Shown piece after piece: positions 18,969 to 28,586 of a stretch of 64,000 nucleotides of DNA (position 1 is its first letter; each line of letters begins with the position of its first letter). A model generated the notes under the pieces. The model was given only the letters and a program-made list of their open reading frames with translations, was not told the origin of the DNA and did no database searches. Origin of the DNA: a virus. The stretch lies in IMG/VR virus record IMGVR_UViG_3300026088_000018, positions 3,817-67,816 of that record; one strand, given 5' to 3'. The translations under genes and the position numbers were made by a program.

Positions 18969-19476
18969 CGGACACCCCCGGAACCTGGTCGAGCACCCTG
19001 CGTGCAACGTCGGCGGGCATCAACCACGGCACCGGAAGGTAACCGCGGGTCTCCACCGGCTCGACCAGCGCGACCACATCGGCCAGCACCAGATGCTTGG
19101 CCACCGGTCGACCACCCTGCCGGGGCGGGCCGTAGAACGCGTCACCCCACGGGGCACAACAGTTGCCCCTCGGCTCCAACGCCGGCCACTTCGCCTCGTG
19201 GCAGCCGACCAGCGTGGCCACCGCCAACACCTTCCCGAACAGACCACGGAACTCCGACCCGCTCAGGCTGCGCTGCGCCTCGTGCCCGTACCACCAGCGA
19301 CGAAGCCGCGGATCCGTAACCGCCGCCGCGTCCCACACCGAACCGGTATGGATCGCGACGCGCCGGCCGACGTGCTCCGCCGCAACCATCCGACCCCGGT
19401 TCTCGACCAGCTTCTCGCCGTCCCTGATCGCCGCTGCCCATGGGAGACGGACAGTGATCGCGTAAAGCTCAGACAC
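18961..19476 (-). CDS. ASCH-domain protein
   Basis: AITVRLPWAAAI.DGEKLVENR..VAIH signature. Confidence 0.82.
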   Translation of the reverse strand: MSELYAITVRLPWAAAIRDGEKLVENRGRMVAAEHVGRRVAIHTGSVWDAAAVTDPRLRRWWYGHEAQRSLSGSEFRGLFGKVLAVATLVGCHEAKWPALEPRGNCCAPWGDAFYGPPRQGGRPVAKHLVLADVVALVEPVETRGYLPVPWLMPADVARRVLDQVPGVSGV

Positions 19477-19927
19477 CTGACACCTCCCGGGAAGGCTCGA
19501 CCGTCAACTCAGCGAGCGCGGTGTCCAAGTACGCATCGATGAGATCGAGCTGACCTTCGACCACCGGCGGCGGCTCCGGCTCGGGTTCCGGATCGTCGTC
19601 GCCACCGTCGCGGCGGTCCTCCTCGTACTCCGAGCAGGTGTACTTCCCGCCCAGTTCCGGGGCGGTCTGCCCTTCCGGCCGGCCGGCGATCTGGCGCCAC
19701 GGCTGCTCCACCCACTCCTCGGGTGTGCTACCCATGATCGCTACCGCGAGCAGCGCGCACCCGAGCAGCCCGTTGTTACGCGGGTCCGGCTTCACTCCGT
19801 CGACCCGGGCCGACCGGTCGTGCACGCACGTGTCACACCAGCGGTCGGTCCACGCATAACCCTCGGAGCCGTTCGAGAACGCCGGCTTGTCCCTCGCCGC
19901 CGACAGTGCCTCGTCGTAGCTACGCAT
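19469..19927 (-). CDS. hypothetical protein (Cys motif)
   Basis: FSNGSEG..W..RWC..C pattern; coupled overlaps. Confidence 0.65.
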   Translation of the reverse strand: MRSYDEALSAARDKPAFSNGSEGYAWTDRWCDTCVHDRSARVDGVKPDPRNNGLLGCALLAVAIMGSTPEEWVEQPWRQIAGRPEGQTAPELGGKYTCSEYEEDRRDGGDDDPEPEPEPPPVVEGQLDLIDAYLDTALAELTVEPSREVSGV

Positions 19928-20279
19928 CTCCGTCCCCCCAGATTTCTTCCCGTGCCGCCTCGATCGACCCCGCCAACTCCGGATGCGAATCGGCCAACTC
20001 CGCGAACACGAGCGCCACCCGATCCAGCCGCCGCTTCACCCGGACCCGCAGCGCAGCCTCGTTGTCCATCCGCAGCCGCAGTTCTTCCATGTGCCGGGCC
20101 GCGGCCTGCGCCACCACCACCTGCCGACACAACCGCTCCAACTCCAGCCCCTGCTCCACCAACCGGGCCAGCAGATCCAAACGGGTCGGCGGCCTCTCCA
20201 GGTCCGGGCCCTCCACCTGCGCGGTCCGTTCCTCGATCCGCCCCCGGGCACCTACCGGGGCGATGGTGTAGGCGGTCAT
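19920..20279 (-). CDS. hypothetical coiled-coil protein
   Basis: GGAGG RBS; ATGA overlap. Confidence 0.6.
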   Translation of the reverse strand: MTAYTIAPVGARGRIEERTAQVEGPDLERPPTRLDLLARLVEQGLELERLCRQVVVAQAAARHMEELRLRMDNEAALRVRVKRRLDRVALVFAELADSHPELAGSIEAAREEIWGDGDA

Positions 20280-20620
20280 GAGGACACCTCCAGGACCGGA
20301 ACGGGCAGCTCAGCGACGTACCAGTGCATCGGCAGCACCCCGTCCGCGTACTCCAGCGCGTGCCGCTGGTCGGCCGGCAGGTCACGCGCGAACACGGGCC
20401 AATGGGTCGCCTCAGACGTCACCGCGATCACACGCACCGCGGTCCGGTCGCACTGCAGCGTGTGTGACGTCAATCCGAGCGCCGCCCGATCGGGCTCATC
20501 CATGTCGGTCAGCCACACCAGCTCGCGGCGGCCGAGCACGACCTGCGGGTGTGGAATCAGCCACCGCTTCGCGCGGATCAACCTCGCCGAGTGCTCGCAC
20601 GTGTAGTGGTAGAGCTTCAC
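20276..20620 (-). CDS. hypothetical protein
   Basis: KLYHYT...VWLT motif, reminiscent of ADP-ribosyltransferase-like phage proteins; GTGA overlap. Confidence 0.6.
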   Translation of the reverse strand: MKLYHYTCEHSARLIRAKRWLIPHPQVVLGRRELVWLTDMDEPDRAALGLTSHTLQCDRTAVRVIAVTSEATHWPVFARDLPADQRHALEYADGVLPMHWYVAELPVPVLEVSS

Positions 20621-21042
20621 AAGGACACCTCCGCAGCGTCCGAGATGTCGTCATAGTCGATGACCTGCACCGGGATACCGGCCCGTTCAGCCCGCTCAGC
20701 ACAGTCCGTGGCGCCCTTGGACAGGCTGCGGATAAGCGCGAGGCACACATCGGCTCCAGCCCGGACCATTTCGGCGTTGCGGGCCACACCGGCCCGCTTG
20801 CCGAGCTGCTTCCAGTCAGCCGGCCACCGATCGGCACGGACCGACCAGCCCTCGAACCGGTGCCGCCTGACCCAGTCGTCGGCCATGACGTCCCCGCCCC
20901 GGGAGCAGGCGCCGTGCCGGACAACCACCTCGTCGTAGCCGGCCTTGAAAGCCGCTTCGGCGAGGATGGTCAACGTCTGGTCCACCACGTCAGGGCGGTC
21001 CCAGGTCCGTGACGCGGTAAGGATGATCTTGAAGGCGGTCAT
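20617..21042 (-). CDS. SLOG-family (DUF2493/YspA-like) protein
   Basis: IILTASR, VRHGAC..GGD..A..W, ADW...GKRAG..RN.EMV, SKGA..C. Confidence 0.82.
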   Translation of the reverse strand: MTAFKIILTASRTWDRPDVVDQTLTILAEAAFKAGYDEVVVRHGACSRGGDVMADDWVRRHRFEGWSVRADRWPADWKQLGKRAGVARNAEMVRAGADVCLALIRSLSKGATDCAERAERAGIPVQVIDYDDISDAAEVSL

Positions 21043-21668
21043 GACGGGACCTCCGTCCAGCGGCCCACACAAACCGGGCACGCGGGATCGAGTGGGCAGC
21101 CGTGCAGACACGAGCCGCAGGACTGCTCCTCGCAGTGGCTTCCGTCCGGAACCGCGTTCTCGCACAGCACCGGATCGCAGCGGCACTCAGGGCACTGCTC
21201 CGCCTTACGCCAGTAGCCCTTGTCGTCCAGGAACACCGCACCCCACCAGGTGGACACGGGGACCTTCTGGGGGTCCTGCTTCCAGCGCATCGACAGGCCG
21301 GCCAGCCGAGCCTCAGCGCGATGGCGTTCGGCCCATTCGTGGCATCCGCCGGCGGACGTCGCCGAACCGCACAGGACCACCAGATTGGCGGGGAGGTTCG
21401 TCTCCGGCCGGACGTCGCCGCCGGCGCCACGAGCACGCCGGTGCTGAACGGACCACTCTTCGCCGCGTCCTTCGGCCCGGACCGCCTTGCCACAGCGGAC
21501 ACAGCAGCCACCGTCACGGTCGAAGACCAACTCGACGACAGAGCGTTTAGGACCGGTGTCCTTGACGCGCTTCGCGCTCTGCGCCTTACGGCGCGCGATC
21601 CCGACCCTCGCGGTCAGCTTCGCCTTCGCCCGGAGCGGGGTGTACCGCCTGATCTCGGTGCGCTTCAC
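21039..21668 (-). CDS. HNH endonuclease
   Basis: RDGGCCVRCG...QHRR.RG.GG...NLVVLCG...GCHEWAE. Confidence 0.8.
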   Translation of the reverse strand: MKRTEIRRYTPLRAKAKLTARVGIARRKAQSAKRVKDTGPKRSVVELVFDRDGGCCVRCGKAVRAEGRGEEWSVQHRRARGAGGDVRPETNLPANLVVLCGSATSAGGCHEWAERHRAEARLAGLSMRWKQDPQKVPVSTWWGAVFLDDKGYWRKAEQCPECRCDPVLCENAVPDGSHCEEQSCGSCLHGCPLDPACPVCVGRWTEVPS

Positions 21669-22297
21669 AAGGTCACCCCCGCGGACAGGTGGGACAGCAA
21701 CTGCTCACCGATGAAACGCGTGTAAGCAGGCGGAATGGCCTGCCGGCCTTCGAACTTCGACATCCACGTGCAGCCCATCGCATCCGCGAACGCCCGCTCG
21801 TCCTTGTGCTCGAACGGCAACAGCCTCCGGTTGCGGTAGCACGAGCACCGCGGCAGCAGCTCGTAACCCGACCAGTTGCCGACCATGAAGTCCCGGTGAC
21901 GGCGCACCCGCAACCCGAACTGCGTTCCGCACAGCCGGTAGTCCGGGCGCAGATCCCCCATCACCGACGCCTCCGGCACGTTCTCCACAACCCACGGCCG
22001 GTCCACCACGGACAACGCCATCAACGTCGGCGCCAACGTGTCCGGATGGTCATCCCTGCTACCCCGCCAGGCCGTCACCCGCGCCCGCGTCTGACACGTC
22101 GGACTGGCATGGACCGCGTCGTACACCGACAGCACGTCCGCATCCCGCAGCACCTCAAGGGCATCGTCGCGGATGAACTCGAACGGATAGTTCGGCTGGT
22201 CGACGACATCCACCCCGACCACCTCGAACCCCGCCAGGTGGTAACCCATCGCAGCACCGCCAGCACCGCAGAACAGATCCAGCAGCCGCGGCCTCAC
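21665..22297 (-). CDS. DNA (cytosine-5) methyltransferase, short phage type
   Basis: LLDLFCGAGG (motif I), ASPTCQ (IV), VVENVP (VI), QAIPP..T..IG (X). Confidence 0.85.
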   Translation of the reverse strand: MRPRLLDLFCGAGGAAMGYHLAGFEVVGVDVVDQPNYPFEFIRDDALEVLRDADVLSVYDAVHASPTCQTRARVTAWRGSRDDHPDTLAPTLMALSVVDRPWVVENVPEASVMGDLRPDYRLCGTQFGLRVRRHRDFMVGNWSGYELLPRCSCYRNRRLLPFEHKDERAFADAMGCTWMSKFEGRQAIPPAYTRFIGEQLLSHLSAGVTL

Positions 22298-22719
22298 GAC
22301 GCACCCCCGTGCTCAGCCAGCCGGCGAGACACCTTCGCGATGACCCGTCGAGCAGGCGCACCGGGCTGTTCGATGCCGACCTTGCCGTGCACCGCAGCCT
22401 CCGAACCACTGGCGAACAGCGGCACCGGAGAGGAGTACGTGACCGTCGCTCGGTAGCTGGCGACCGTCATTTCGCCGGCCCGGACGGCGATCCGGAGCGC
22501 CAGCAGGTGAGCGCCGTCGTGGCAGCCGGCCCAACCGGCGCACACTCGGCCGTCCCGCTGGTGACACAGGAACACGCCGGGCGGCTGCGCGTAGGTCGGC
22601 TCGTCGTAGCGGGGCAGCTTGTCGTACTCCTCGACCGCCCACACCCCGGACGGGACATCGCGACGGTACGGGCAGGACTCACACGGGCGCGGCGCCGGGC
22701 CGCGCAGAGTCGCCGTCAT
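22294..22719 (-). CDS. DUF6283-like Cys-rich protein
   Basis: PCESCPYRRDVPSGVW...EY.KL, F.CH, CAGW. Confidence 0.7.
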   Translation of the reverse strand: MTATLRGPAPRPCESCPYRRDVPSGVWAVEEYDKLPRYDEPTYAQPPGVFLCHQRDGRVCAGWAGCHDGAHLLALRIAVRAGEMTVASYRATVTYSSPVPLFASGSEAAVHGKVGIEQPGAPARRVIAKVSRRLAEHGGAS

Positions 22720-22982
22720 GCGACACCCCCACCGTGCTCAGCCAGCCACGCCTTACCGGCGGCGTTCAACCGCACCGGATACGGAGGACGAACCGGCGTA
22801 GCACCCGGACCCTCCAACAGACCCGCCCGACGGAACTCAGCCACCCTCCCCGTAACCACAACCTCACTCGCAGGACCCTTCTGCCAGGTCACCATGCCCT
22901 TGACATGGCCGTGGTCGATGACCTGCTCGGCCTTGATCGCGCGGGCCAGCTCGATCCGACGGTCGGAAGCAGGGAAGGTCAT
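22716..22982 (-). CDS. hypothetical protein
   Basis: ATGA coupled. Confidence 0.55.
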   Translation of the reverse strand: MTFPASDRRIELARAIKAEQVIDHGHVKGMVTWQKGPASEVVVTGRVAEFRRAGLLEGPGATPVRPPYPVRLNAAGKAWLAEHGGGVA

Positions 22983-23182
22983 GACCCACCACCAAGATCA
23001 GAAGCATTCTCATGTGTCGCCTCCGGCTCCCCGCCTACGGCGGATGGCTTGGGCTTGATGCCGAGCTTGCGGGCCGCGCGGCGCTGCTCCCGATTGCCCT
23101 CGGGATCGGCCGAGATCTGCCGCATCCCGGTCGAGGCGCGGTGCCCACCGTTGCGGGTGTTCAAGCCACGACGCGAACTCAC
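22979..23182 (-). CDS. hypothetical basic protein
   Basis: GTGA coupled; NREQRRAA motif. Confidence 0.55.
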   Translation of the reverse strand: MSSRRGLNTRNGGHRASTGMRQISADPEGNREQRRAARKLGIKPKPSAVGGEPEATHENASDLGGGS

Positions 23183-23550
23183 CGGGACTCACCGTCCTCG
23201 CGGAGCACCGCACAAGCCACGGCTTCCAGTCGTTGGTCCCGGCACGCGCCCGCGGTGGTGATGGCGCCGGCCAGGCTTTCGAAGACGTCGGCCAATGCCA
23301 ACGCCACCGCCGGCTGCATCATCGCCACGAACCCCGCTAGGCCCTCGGAGTACGTCTCGATGTCCTCGCACAGGTCACAGGCGTCCGATTCCATGTCGAC
23401 CGTGTGGGTCTTCCGACACGCCCGGACCCCGGTCAAGCTCTCCGAGTCGGTGAAGACCGGGAACCACGGGCGGTCGTGCCAGACGACCGGCAACGTGGCC
23501 GTGTCCTTGCGCAGCCTGGCTGCTGCACGGTGCAACAGGTCAGCGCTCAT
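23179..23550 (-). CDS. hypothetical protein
   Basis: TGATG coupling with upstream gene. Confidence 0.6.
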   Translation of the reverse strand: MSADLLHRAAARLRKDTATLPVVWHDRPWFPVFTDSESLTGVRACRKTHTVDMESDACDLCEDIETYSEGLAGFVAMMQPAVALALADVFESLAGAITTAGACRDQRLEAVACAVLREDGESR

Positions 23551-24659
23551 CAGATGTGGCAATCGAGGACGACGAGCACGGTCTCGGGTCGCAGCGATTC
23601 GAGGTACTTGTTGACCGCGATGTTGTAGCCCTCCCGCTCACCGGGACCGTCGGACGACATCCCGAACCAGCCCATCCGGCCGGGCGCCACCCACTCACCA
23701 TCGAGCGTCACAAGCGCGTAGCCGGGGACCGCTTCGAGCCGGGCCAGCCGCTCGAACTCCTCGCGCGAGGTCCCGTACATCACCTCGGGGCACTCGCCCC
23801 ACCCGCTGATGTCGGCCTGCTGCGCCGCTCTGATCGCCGGGTGGGTGTTGTACCGAAGCCGAGCCTCCTCGATGCTCAGCTCCTTGAGCTCGACCAGGCC
23901 GATGAGATCGGCCCAGGCCGGCGGCTGGCCGTGCTCCGCAACGATCTCCACCCAGCGGTCATAAGCCGGCAGCCGCAGCGCAACGCGGGCGTCGCGCATC
24001 GCATCGAAGTCGAGCAGCCCGACCGGGCCGCCGTCGCACCAGATCCGGCCGTCGTTCTTTTCCTCGCCGGAGTCCCAATCCTTGCGGGCCAGGATGATGC
24101 CGGCGCCCGGCTCGCGGGCGACGAAGTACTCCCTCCACCGCCCGCCGATGCGCCAGTAGTCCCACTTCGCCTCGGGGTTGCTGGTCGAGATGGTGTAGGC
24201 GCGACCCTCGTCATCGATGCGCAGGCGCTCGCTGTCGCTGTCGTCGTCGGCCAGCGCGACCTCGTTGCCGGGATGCCAGCGGGCGTTGTACGCCTCCGCC
24301 ACCTGCGCCCAGGTCCACGGGCCGGGGCCGAACTTGCCGACCCATGCAGCGGCTTCTCCGAAGTCGCGCATCTCGTCGGCCGCCCGATCCTCCGGCGTCC
24401 ACTGTTCATACGGGCGTTCCAGTTTCTGGCGTCGGGCGTCCGCCAGCTCGGACTCGTACGTCGCGATGCCATGCTTTTCCGCCTTACGGCGCAGTGCCCT
24501 TGCCCACCAGTGCTCGTCCGGCGACCCTTCCTCGTAGTCGCGGTACTCGGCGACCTCCCGGTTCTCGTTCCAGCGCTCCATGCGCTCGGCCAGGAAGTCG
24601 TCGAGTTTGCGGAGTTCGATATCGGCCGGCACGCAGACCAGCACGGAGAAGTGGCTCAT
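23550..24659 (-). CDS. conserved phage hypothetical protein (369 aa)
   Basis: MSHFSVLV...NPEAKWDYW.IGGRW...ALVT.DGEW...G.MGWFG...DCHI pattern. Confidence 0.8.
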   Translation of the reverse strand: MSHFSVLVCVPADIELRKLDDFLAERMERWNENREVAEYRDYEEGSPDEHWWARALRRKAEKHGIATYESELADARRQKLERPYEQWTPEDRAADEMRDFGEAAAWVGKFGPGPWTWAQVAEAYNARWHPGNEVALADDDSDSERLRIDDEGRAYTISTSNPEAKWDYWRIGGRWREYFVAREPGAGIILARKDWDSGEEKNDGRIWCDGGPVGLLDFDAMRDARVALRLPAYDRWVEIVAEHGQPPAWADLIGLVELKELSIEEARLRYNTHPAIRAAQQADISGWGECPEVMYGTSREEFERLARLEAVPGYALVTLDGEWVAPGRMGWFGMSSDGPGEREGYNIAVNKYLESLRPETVLVVLDCHI

Positions 24660-25249
24660 GAGTCATTACCGATCGCGTAGAACTGCTGAAGATTGCGATC
24701 GACCCACCGCATGTCGGCGAGGTCGGAAGAGTTGACGAGCGCGGCGAAAGCGTCGTTGACACTCGCGGCGACGGCTGGTGGTAGCGGCGCGTTCTGCCAC
24801 GACCGGATCGGATCCGACGGGTCACACAGGTGCGGTGCTCCGCGATGTGCCAGGCAGGACCACCAGCCACAGCCGGGACACCGGGTCGTCACGCCCGACG
24901 TGGGTTCGCAGCCGCAGGGGAGGATCCGCCCGGCGAGCAGGTCGCCCAGGTCCGCCTCGCCGCCCCCGTCGATCTCGGCGCGCAACTGCCCGTCCAGCAG
25001 ATCGGGCTCTGCGTACGTGTCGTCCTCACCGCGGCGGGTCAGCGCCCGGCCCAACTCGACCAGTCCCCGCCCGACCGCGGCCAAAACCAGCACCGGTAGG
25101 GACAGGACCAGGGCCACCGCCGCGGCGACGAGGACGACCGACCACACCAGGGCCTGGCCCAGCAGCCGCACCACCCGGGTAGGGCCTACCGGGCCCACGA
25201 GGACCACGGCCAGGCCGCCGCCAAGGAGCAGGAGTCCGAAGACGTTCAC
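24656..25249 (-). CDS. membrane protein with Cys cluster
   Basis: Two N-terminal hydrophobic helices; coupled overlaps. Confidence 0.6.
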   Translation of the reverse strand: MNVFGLLLLGGGLAVVLVGPVGPTRVVRLLGQALVWSVVLVAAAVALVLSLPVLVLAAVGRGLVELGRALTRRGEDDTYAEPDLLDGQLRAEIDGGGEADLGDLLAGRILPCGCEPTSGVTTRCPGCGWWSCLAHRGAPHLCDPSDPIRSWQNAPLPPAVAASVNDAFAALVNSSDLADMRWVDRNLQQFYAIGNDS

Positions 25250-25584
25250 GACGCCACCCCAGCGGCGACAAGATCCTCGTACTCATCTTCGTGGTCGAAA
25301 AGGCTGATGAACCGGCACACCGGGTCCGGCATCCACGCAACCCAGTCGCCGCGCGCATCGGCGATGCCGACCCGGTTGACGTCCCACAGGAACATGCCCC
25401 CTGGGCCGCGCAGTTCGGGAACCCTGTGGGCCAGCCAGAGCGCCACCGGGCACGTCCCGCACTCGCTCTTGTGACCCCGGATGCCGGCCCCGCGCAGGGT
25501 CCGAGCGACCTCGTCCGGGGTGTCGCCCAACTCGGCCAGTGCCGCCTCGACCAGCGCCACCAGCGCGGCCAGTTGCTCATTCAC
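25246..25584 (-). CDS. hypothetical protein
   Basis: LG.TPDEVA..L...GIRG....CPVA.WL. Confidence 0.6.
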   Translation of the reverse strand: MNEQLAALVALVEAALAELGDTPDEVARTLRGAGIRGHKSECGTCPVALWLAHRVPELRGPGGMFLWDVNRVGIADARGDWVAWMPDPVCRFISLFDHEDEYEDLVAAGVAS

Positions 25585-25951
25585 TGGTCTCACCTCGCAG
25601 GTGAGACCGCCACCGGTCCAGCGTCTCCGCACGCACCCAGCCCGAACGGACCGCCCGGTAGCCCGGATCACCCTCCTCGTGGAAGTTGCTCAACACCTCA
25701 GCGAGCAGGGCGCGCAGCGAATCGGCCACGGCCCGCAGGTCGACAAGGGCCTGCATCGCGGACTCGTACGCGTACGACGACGGGGAAGGATCGGCACCGG
25801 CGAGGCGTTGGAGGCGCTCGATCTCGGCGACAAGCCGCGGTACGTCCTCGACCAACGAGGCCGCGTTCGCGATGTACGCGGTGTCGATCCACTCGCGACC
25901 CTCGAAGATCCGCAGCCGGTCCTTGATGGCGTCCAGGTCCAGCTCACTCAC
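25577..25951 (-). CDS. hypothetical protein
   Basis: LDLDAIK...DVPRLVAEIERL common phage motif. Confidence 0.65.
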   Translation of the reverse strand: MSELDLDAIKDRLRIFEGREWIDTAYIANAASLVEDVPRLVAEIERLQRLAGADPSPSSYAYESAMQALVDLRAVADSLRALLAEVLSNFHEEGDPGYRAVRSGWVRAETLDRWRSHLRGETSE

Positions 25952-26190
25952 CCGGACTCACCCGCCTTCCCATACCCGGGGAACGGCTCATGGCCGAGAC
26001 GGCCATAGACGGTGTCCCTGAAGTTCAGCGGCTCCCACTCGGCGGGCTCCTCACCGTCGGTGCGGCGGTACTCGATCCGCACCTCGGTGCCGGCGGCGTC
26101 CAGCGCGACCGCGGCTTCCTCAACGTCGTGGAGCTGTGCGAACTCGCGGTGCTCGCCGTCGACCTCGATCCGGTACGCGAAGTCACCCAT
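25948..26190 (-). CDS. hypothetical protein
   Basis: GGAGG RBS, coupled. Confidence 0.55.
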   Translation of the reverse strand: MGDFAYRIEVDGEHREFAQLHDVEEAAVALDAAGTEVRIEYRRTDGEEPAEWEPLNFRDTVYGRLGHEPFPGYGKAGESG

Positions 26191-26383
26191 CGGAGCCCAC
26201 CTCCATCGGGTCGTGGAGAACACCGGGCTCAACCAGCGCCGGAAGGGCTTCGGCTGCAACCGGTTCAGCCCACCCAGGGATCTGCTCCTCGGGCTCCGGT
26301 CCGGCGAATGAGGGCCAGGTCCGGTAGTTGCCTTTCTTGTCCAGGCCGTAGTACGGGGACTGGTACGTAGGGTTCTCGATCAC
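26183..26383 (-). CDS. hypothetical protein
   Basis: GTGA coupled. Confidence 0.5.
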   Translation of the reverse strand: MIENPTYQSPYYGLDKKGNYRTWPSFAGPEPEEQIPGWAEPVAAEALPALVEPGVLHDPMEVGSDG

Positions 26384-26607
26384 AGGACATTCACCTTCCG
26401 GCTGTCCCTGCGCCACCAGCTACGCCGGCGCACGAGGTGGATTTCCGCACCCTCGGCCCGCTCGTGAAGTAGGTACGCCCATGCCTGCAGGGCCCGGTTC
26501 ACGGTGTCCGTCTTGCTCAGCTGCTCGATCTCCGCCGCTGCGTTCAGCGCCGCGACGGCGCGGGCGGTCAGGTTGACGGTGAGCCTGGTCAGATCCTGGG
26601 CGCTCAC
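26380..26607 (-). CDS. ribbon-helix-helix-like protein
   Basis: RLTVNL...AL......SKTDTVNRALQ. Confidence 0.65.
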   Translation of the reverse strand: MSAQDLTRLTVNLTARAVAALNAAAEIEQLSKTDTVNRALQAWAYLLHERAEGAEIHLVRRRSWWRRDSRKVNVL

Positions 26608-27113
26608 GCTGCTTTCACCCCCGCCGCTTCAGCCTCGGCGCGACGGATCCGCTCCAGCAGCTCGGCCCGGTTCCACGAGTTCGTCGCGGACAGGTCCAGG
26701 TCGAGCACCGGGTAGGACCCGGTCGAGTGGAAGATCGGCGTGGGTTCGGTGTCCAGGACCGGCCGCAGCCACGGGAACACCGGCTCGGCCGGCTCCACGA
26801 CCGGCTCGGCCACGTACTCCGGCTCATCGGTGGACGCCTCCACCGCGGCGTGCCTCGGCGGCGGCACCAGCGGGTACTCCCCCGATGCGTAGTTCGCCGG
26901 CACCGACGTGTCCGCGAGCGCGGCCTGTTCCTCGCGCAGGCTGGCCGCCGCCGCGGCGATCTCCTCGGCGCGCTTCTTCCGGGCCTCGTCGCGCGCCTCG
27001 TCCTGGGCCTGTTGCACCCGCCGCGGCGTGGGCCACCACGCCCACATCGCCACCCCACCGGCCAGCGTGGCCAGCCCGCACAACGCGGTCACCGCCTCAA
27101 CCTGGGCGCTCAT
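26604..27113 (-). CDS. membrane-anchored hypothetical protein
   Basis: N-terminal TM helix; coupled overlaps. Confidence 0.6.
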   Translation of the reverse strand: MSAQVEAVTALCGLATLAGGVAMWAWWPTPRRVQQAQDEARDEARKKRAEEIAAAAASLREEQAALADTSVPANYASGEYPLVPPPRHAAVEASTDEPEYVAEPVVEPAEPVFPWLRPVLDTEPTPIFHSTGSYPVLDLDLSATNSWNRAELLERIRRAEAEAAGVKAA

Positions 27114-27370
27114 CTGCCCGCTCCGTTCCGGTACTCGTTACTCGTCGTGATCCCGAGCGCCGTCGGAACCACCAGGTAGGTGCCCGCGCTGCTCACCACC
27201 GCTTTGCAGGCCAGCCGCAGCCAGAACAGTTCGTCCACCGACGTCGTGACCTTGACGTCGCCGGCCGGGCCTCGGCGGAACTTCGACTGCTCACGGCCGT
27301 AGACGTGACCCACCCGCATCGCTTCCAGCAGTTCCACGAGGGCGGGGCGTAGGTCACTCATCGGACTCAC
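27110..27370 (-). CDS. hypothetical protein
   Basis: Coupled overlaps. Confidence 0.55.
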   Translation of the reverse strand: MSPMSDLRPALVELLEAMRVGHVYGREQSKFRRGPAGDVKVTTSVDELFWLRLACKAVVSSAGTYLVVPTALGITTSNEYRNGAGR

Positions 27371-27695
27371 CGCCGCTCGCGGCCGGCGGTGTCAGGTCGG
27401 CGATCAGCCGGTCACGCTCGGCCGGCGTCAGCACCAGGTGCAGCTCCTGCACCCAGCTGTGGTCGGTGCGGGACAGCGTCCGCCCGATCCGCAGGATCGC
27501 GTTGCCGACCGGCACGTGCTCGATCTCACCGATCACGGCGAACCGCTCCGGGGTGTACGGGTTGATGTCCGCGACGTCCATCGCGCCGGCGTAGCGGCAC
27601 CCGATCGGGTACTCGACCTCGCCGTGCTTGACCGCTTTCGGTGACGTGGCCTGCTCGGCGGCGCCGATGAACGCGTTGGCGGCGTGGTAGGTCAT
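27354..27695 (-). CDS. hypothetical protein
   Basis: ATGA coupled, GC3-rich. Confidence 0.6.
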   Translation of the reverse strand: MTYHAANAFIGAAEQATSPKAVKHGEVEYPIGCRYAGAMDVADINPYTPERFAVIGEIEHVPVGNAILRIGRTLSRTDHSWVQELHLVLTPAERDRLIADLTPPAASGGESDE

Positions 27696-27985
27696 CGCGG
27701 CTCACCGCCGTTCAGCACCCGCAGGTACTCCAGCAGCTCCCGCATCTCGCGGTCCTCGGCGGCGCGGTCGATCCGGAAGTGGTCCGCGAGGAGCTGCTGG
27801 ATGCTGCGGCCGTCCGGCTCGAACGGCTCGTCGTGGAACCGGGTAGCGCGCATCAGGTGCACGCCCTCCGCGTCGAGCCACTCCAGGAAGCCGCCGATGG
27901 CGTCGAGCTGCGGGCGCAGCGCGGTGATCCGGTCGAGCGTCGGCGTCGCAGGACGGGGGGCGTCGGTGGTCTTCTCGGTGCTCAC
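27692..27985 (-). CDS. hypothetical protein
   Basis: IGGFLEWL...LLADHFRID...E.RELL phage motif. Confidence 0.65.
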   Translation of the reverse strand: MSTEKTTDAPRPATPTLDRITALRPQLDAIGGFLEWLDAEGVHLMRATRFHDEPFEPDGRSIQQLLADHFRIDRAAEDREMRELLEYLRVLNGGEPR

Positions 27986-28449
27986 TGGGAAGACACCTCC
28001 CGGTACGTCACGGCTCTCCTGGTCGTGGCGTGGCGCAGACGCTGCCGGGCGTTATCGCAGGTTCGGCACTCGCGCTTGCCAGGCCGGTTCGGGCGGCGGA
28101 TCGTGTTCGCCTCAGTAAAGGCGTGTCCCCGCTGGCACCGATTCGTCCGGTAGGCAATGGCGCTCGGGGCCATGCCGCGACGCGTGTTCTCGCCGTGGGT
28201 CACCGGCTCCAGGTGCGCTGGGTTGACGCACCTGGGCGTACGGCATAGGTGATCCAGGACCTTGCCGTCCGGAATCGCGCCGACGATCAGTTCGTACGCA
28301 ACAATGTGCGCTCGTCGCGTCCTTCCGCCGACCCTGAACTGCCCGTAGCCCCCGCGCTTGACCTGCACCGAGGCCGTCCACAGCCAACAGCTGTCGTCGG
28401 GAGCCTTGGCGACCCTGGACCAGAAGCGGTCCTCGTCGGGTCCGTTCAT
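27982..28449 (-). CDS. HNH_3 homing-type endonuclease
   Basis: RFWSRV...CWLWT...GYGQF...AHIVAYE...LDHLC..PRCVNPAHLEPVT..EN...C.RGH. Confidence 0.88.
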   Translation of the reverse strand: MNGPDEDRFWSRVAKAPDDSCWLWTASVQVKRGGYGQFRVGGRTRRAHIVAYELIVGAIPDGKVLDHLCRTPRCVNPAHLEPVTHGENTRRGMAPSAIAYRTNRCQRGHAFTEANTIRRPNRPGKRECRTCDNARQRLRHATTRRAVTYREVSSQ

Positions 28450-28586
28450 GGGATAATCCCCTTTCTCGGGGCGGTCCCGCCGCTGTTGGACACGGGTAAG
28501 CGGGACCGCTTCGTTGTGTGGTGCCGTTTCGGGTAGGTCCCGGTCCGGCGGCGGGGTTGCGTATGCCAGCACCGCCGGACCGGCGT

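Noticed and set aside
27982-28586. Group I intron around the HNH_3 gene (GC-rich hairpins upstream)
   Set aside because: No interrupted host gene or conserved intron core found; treated as a free-standing endonuclease
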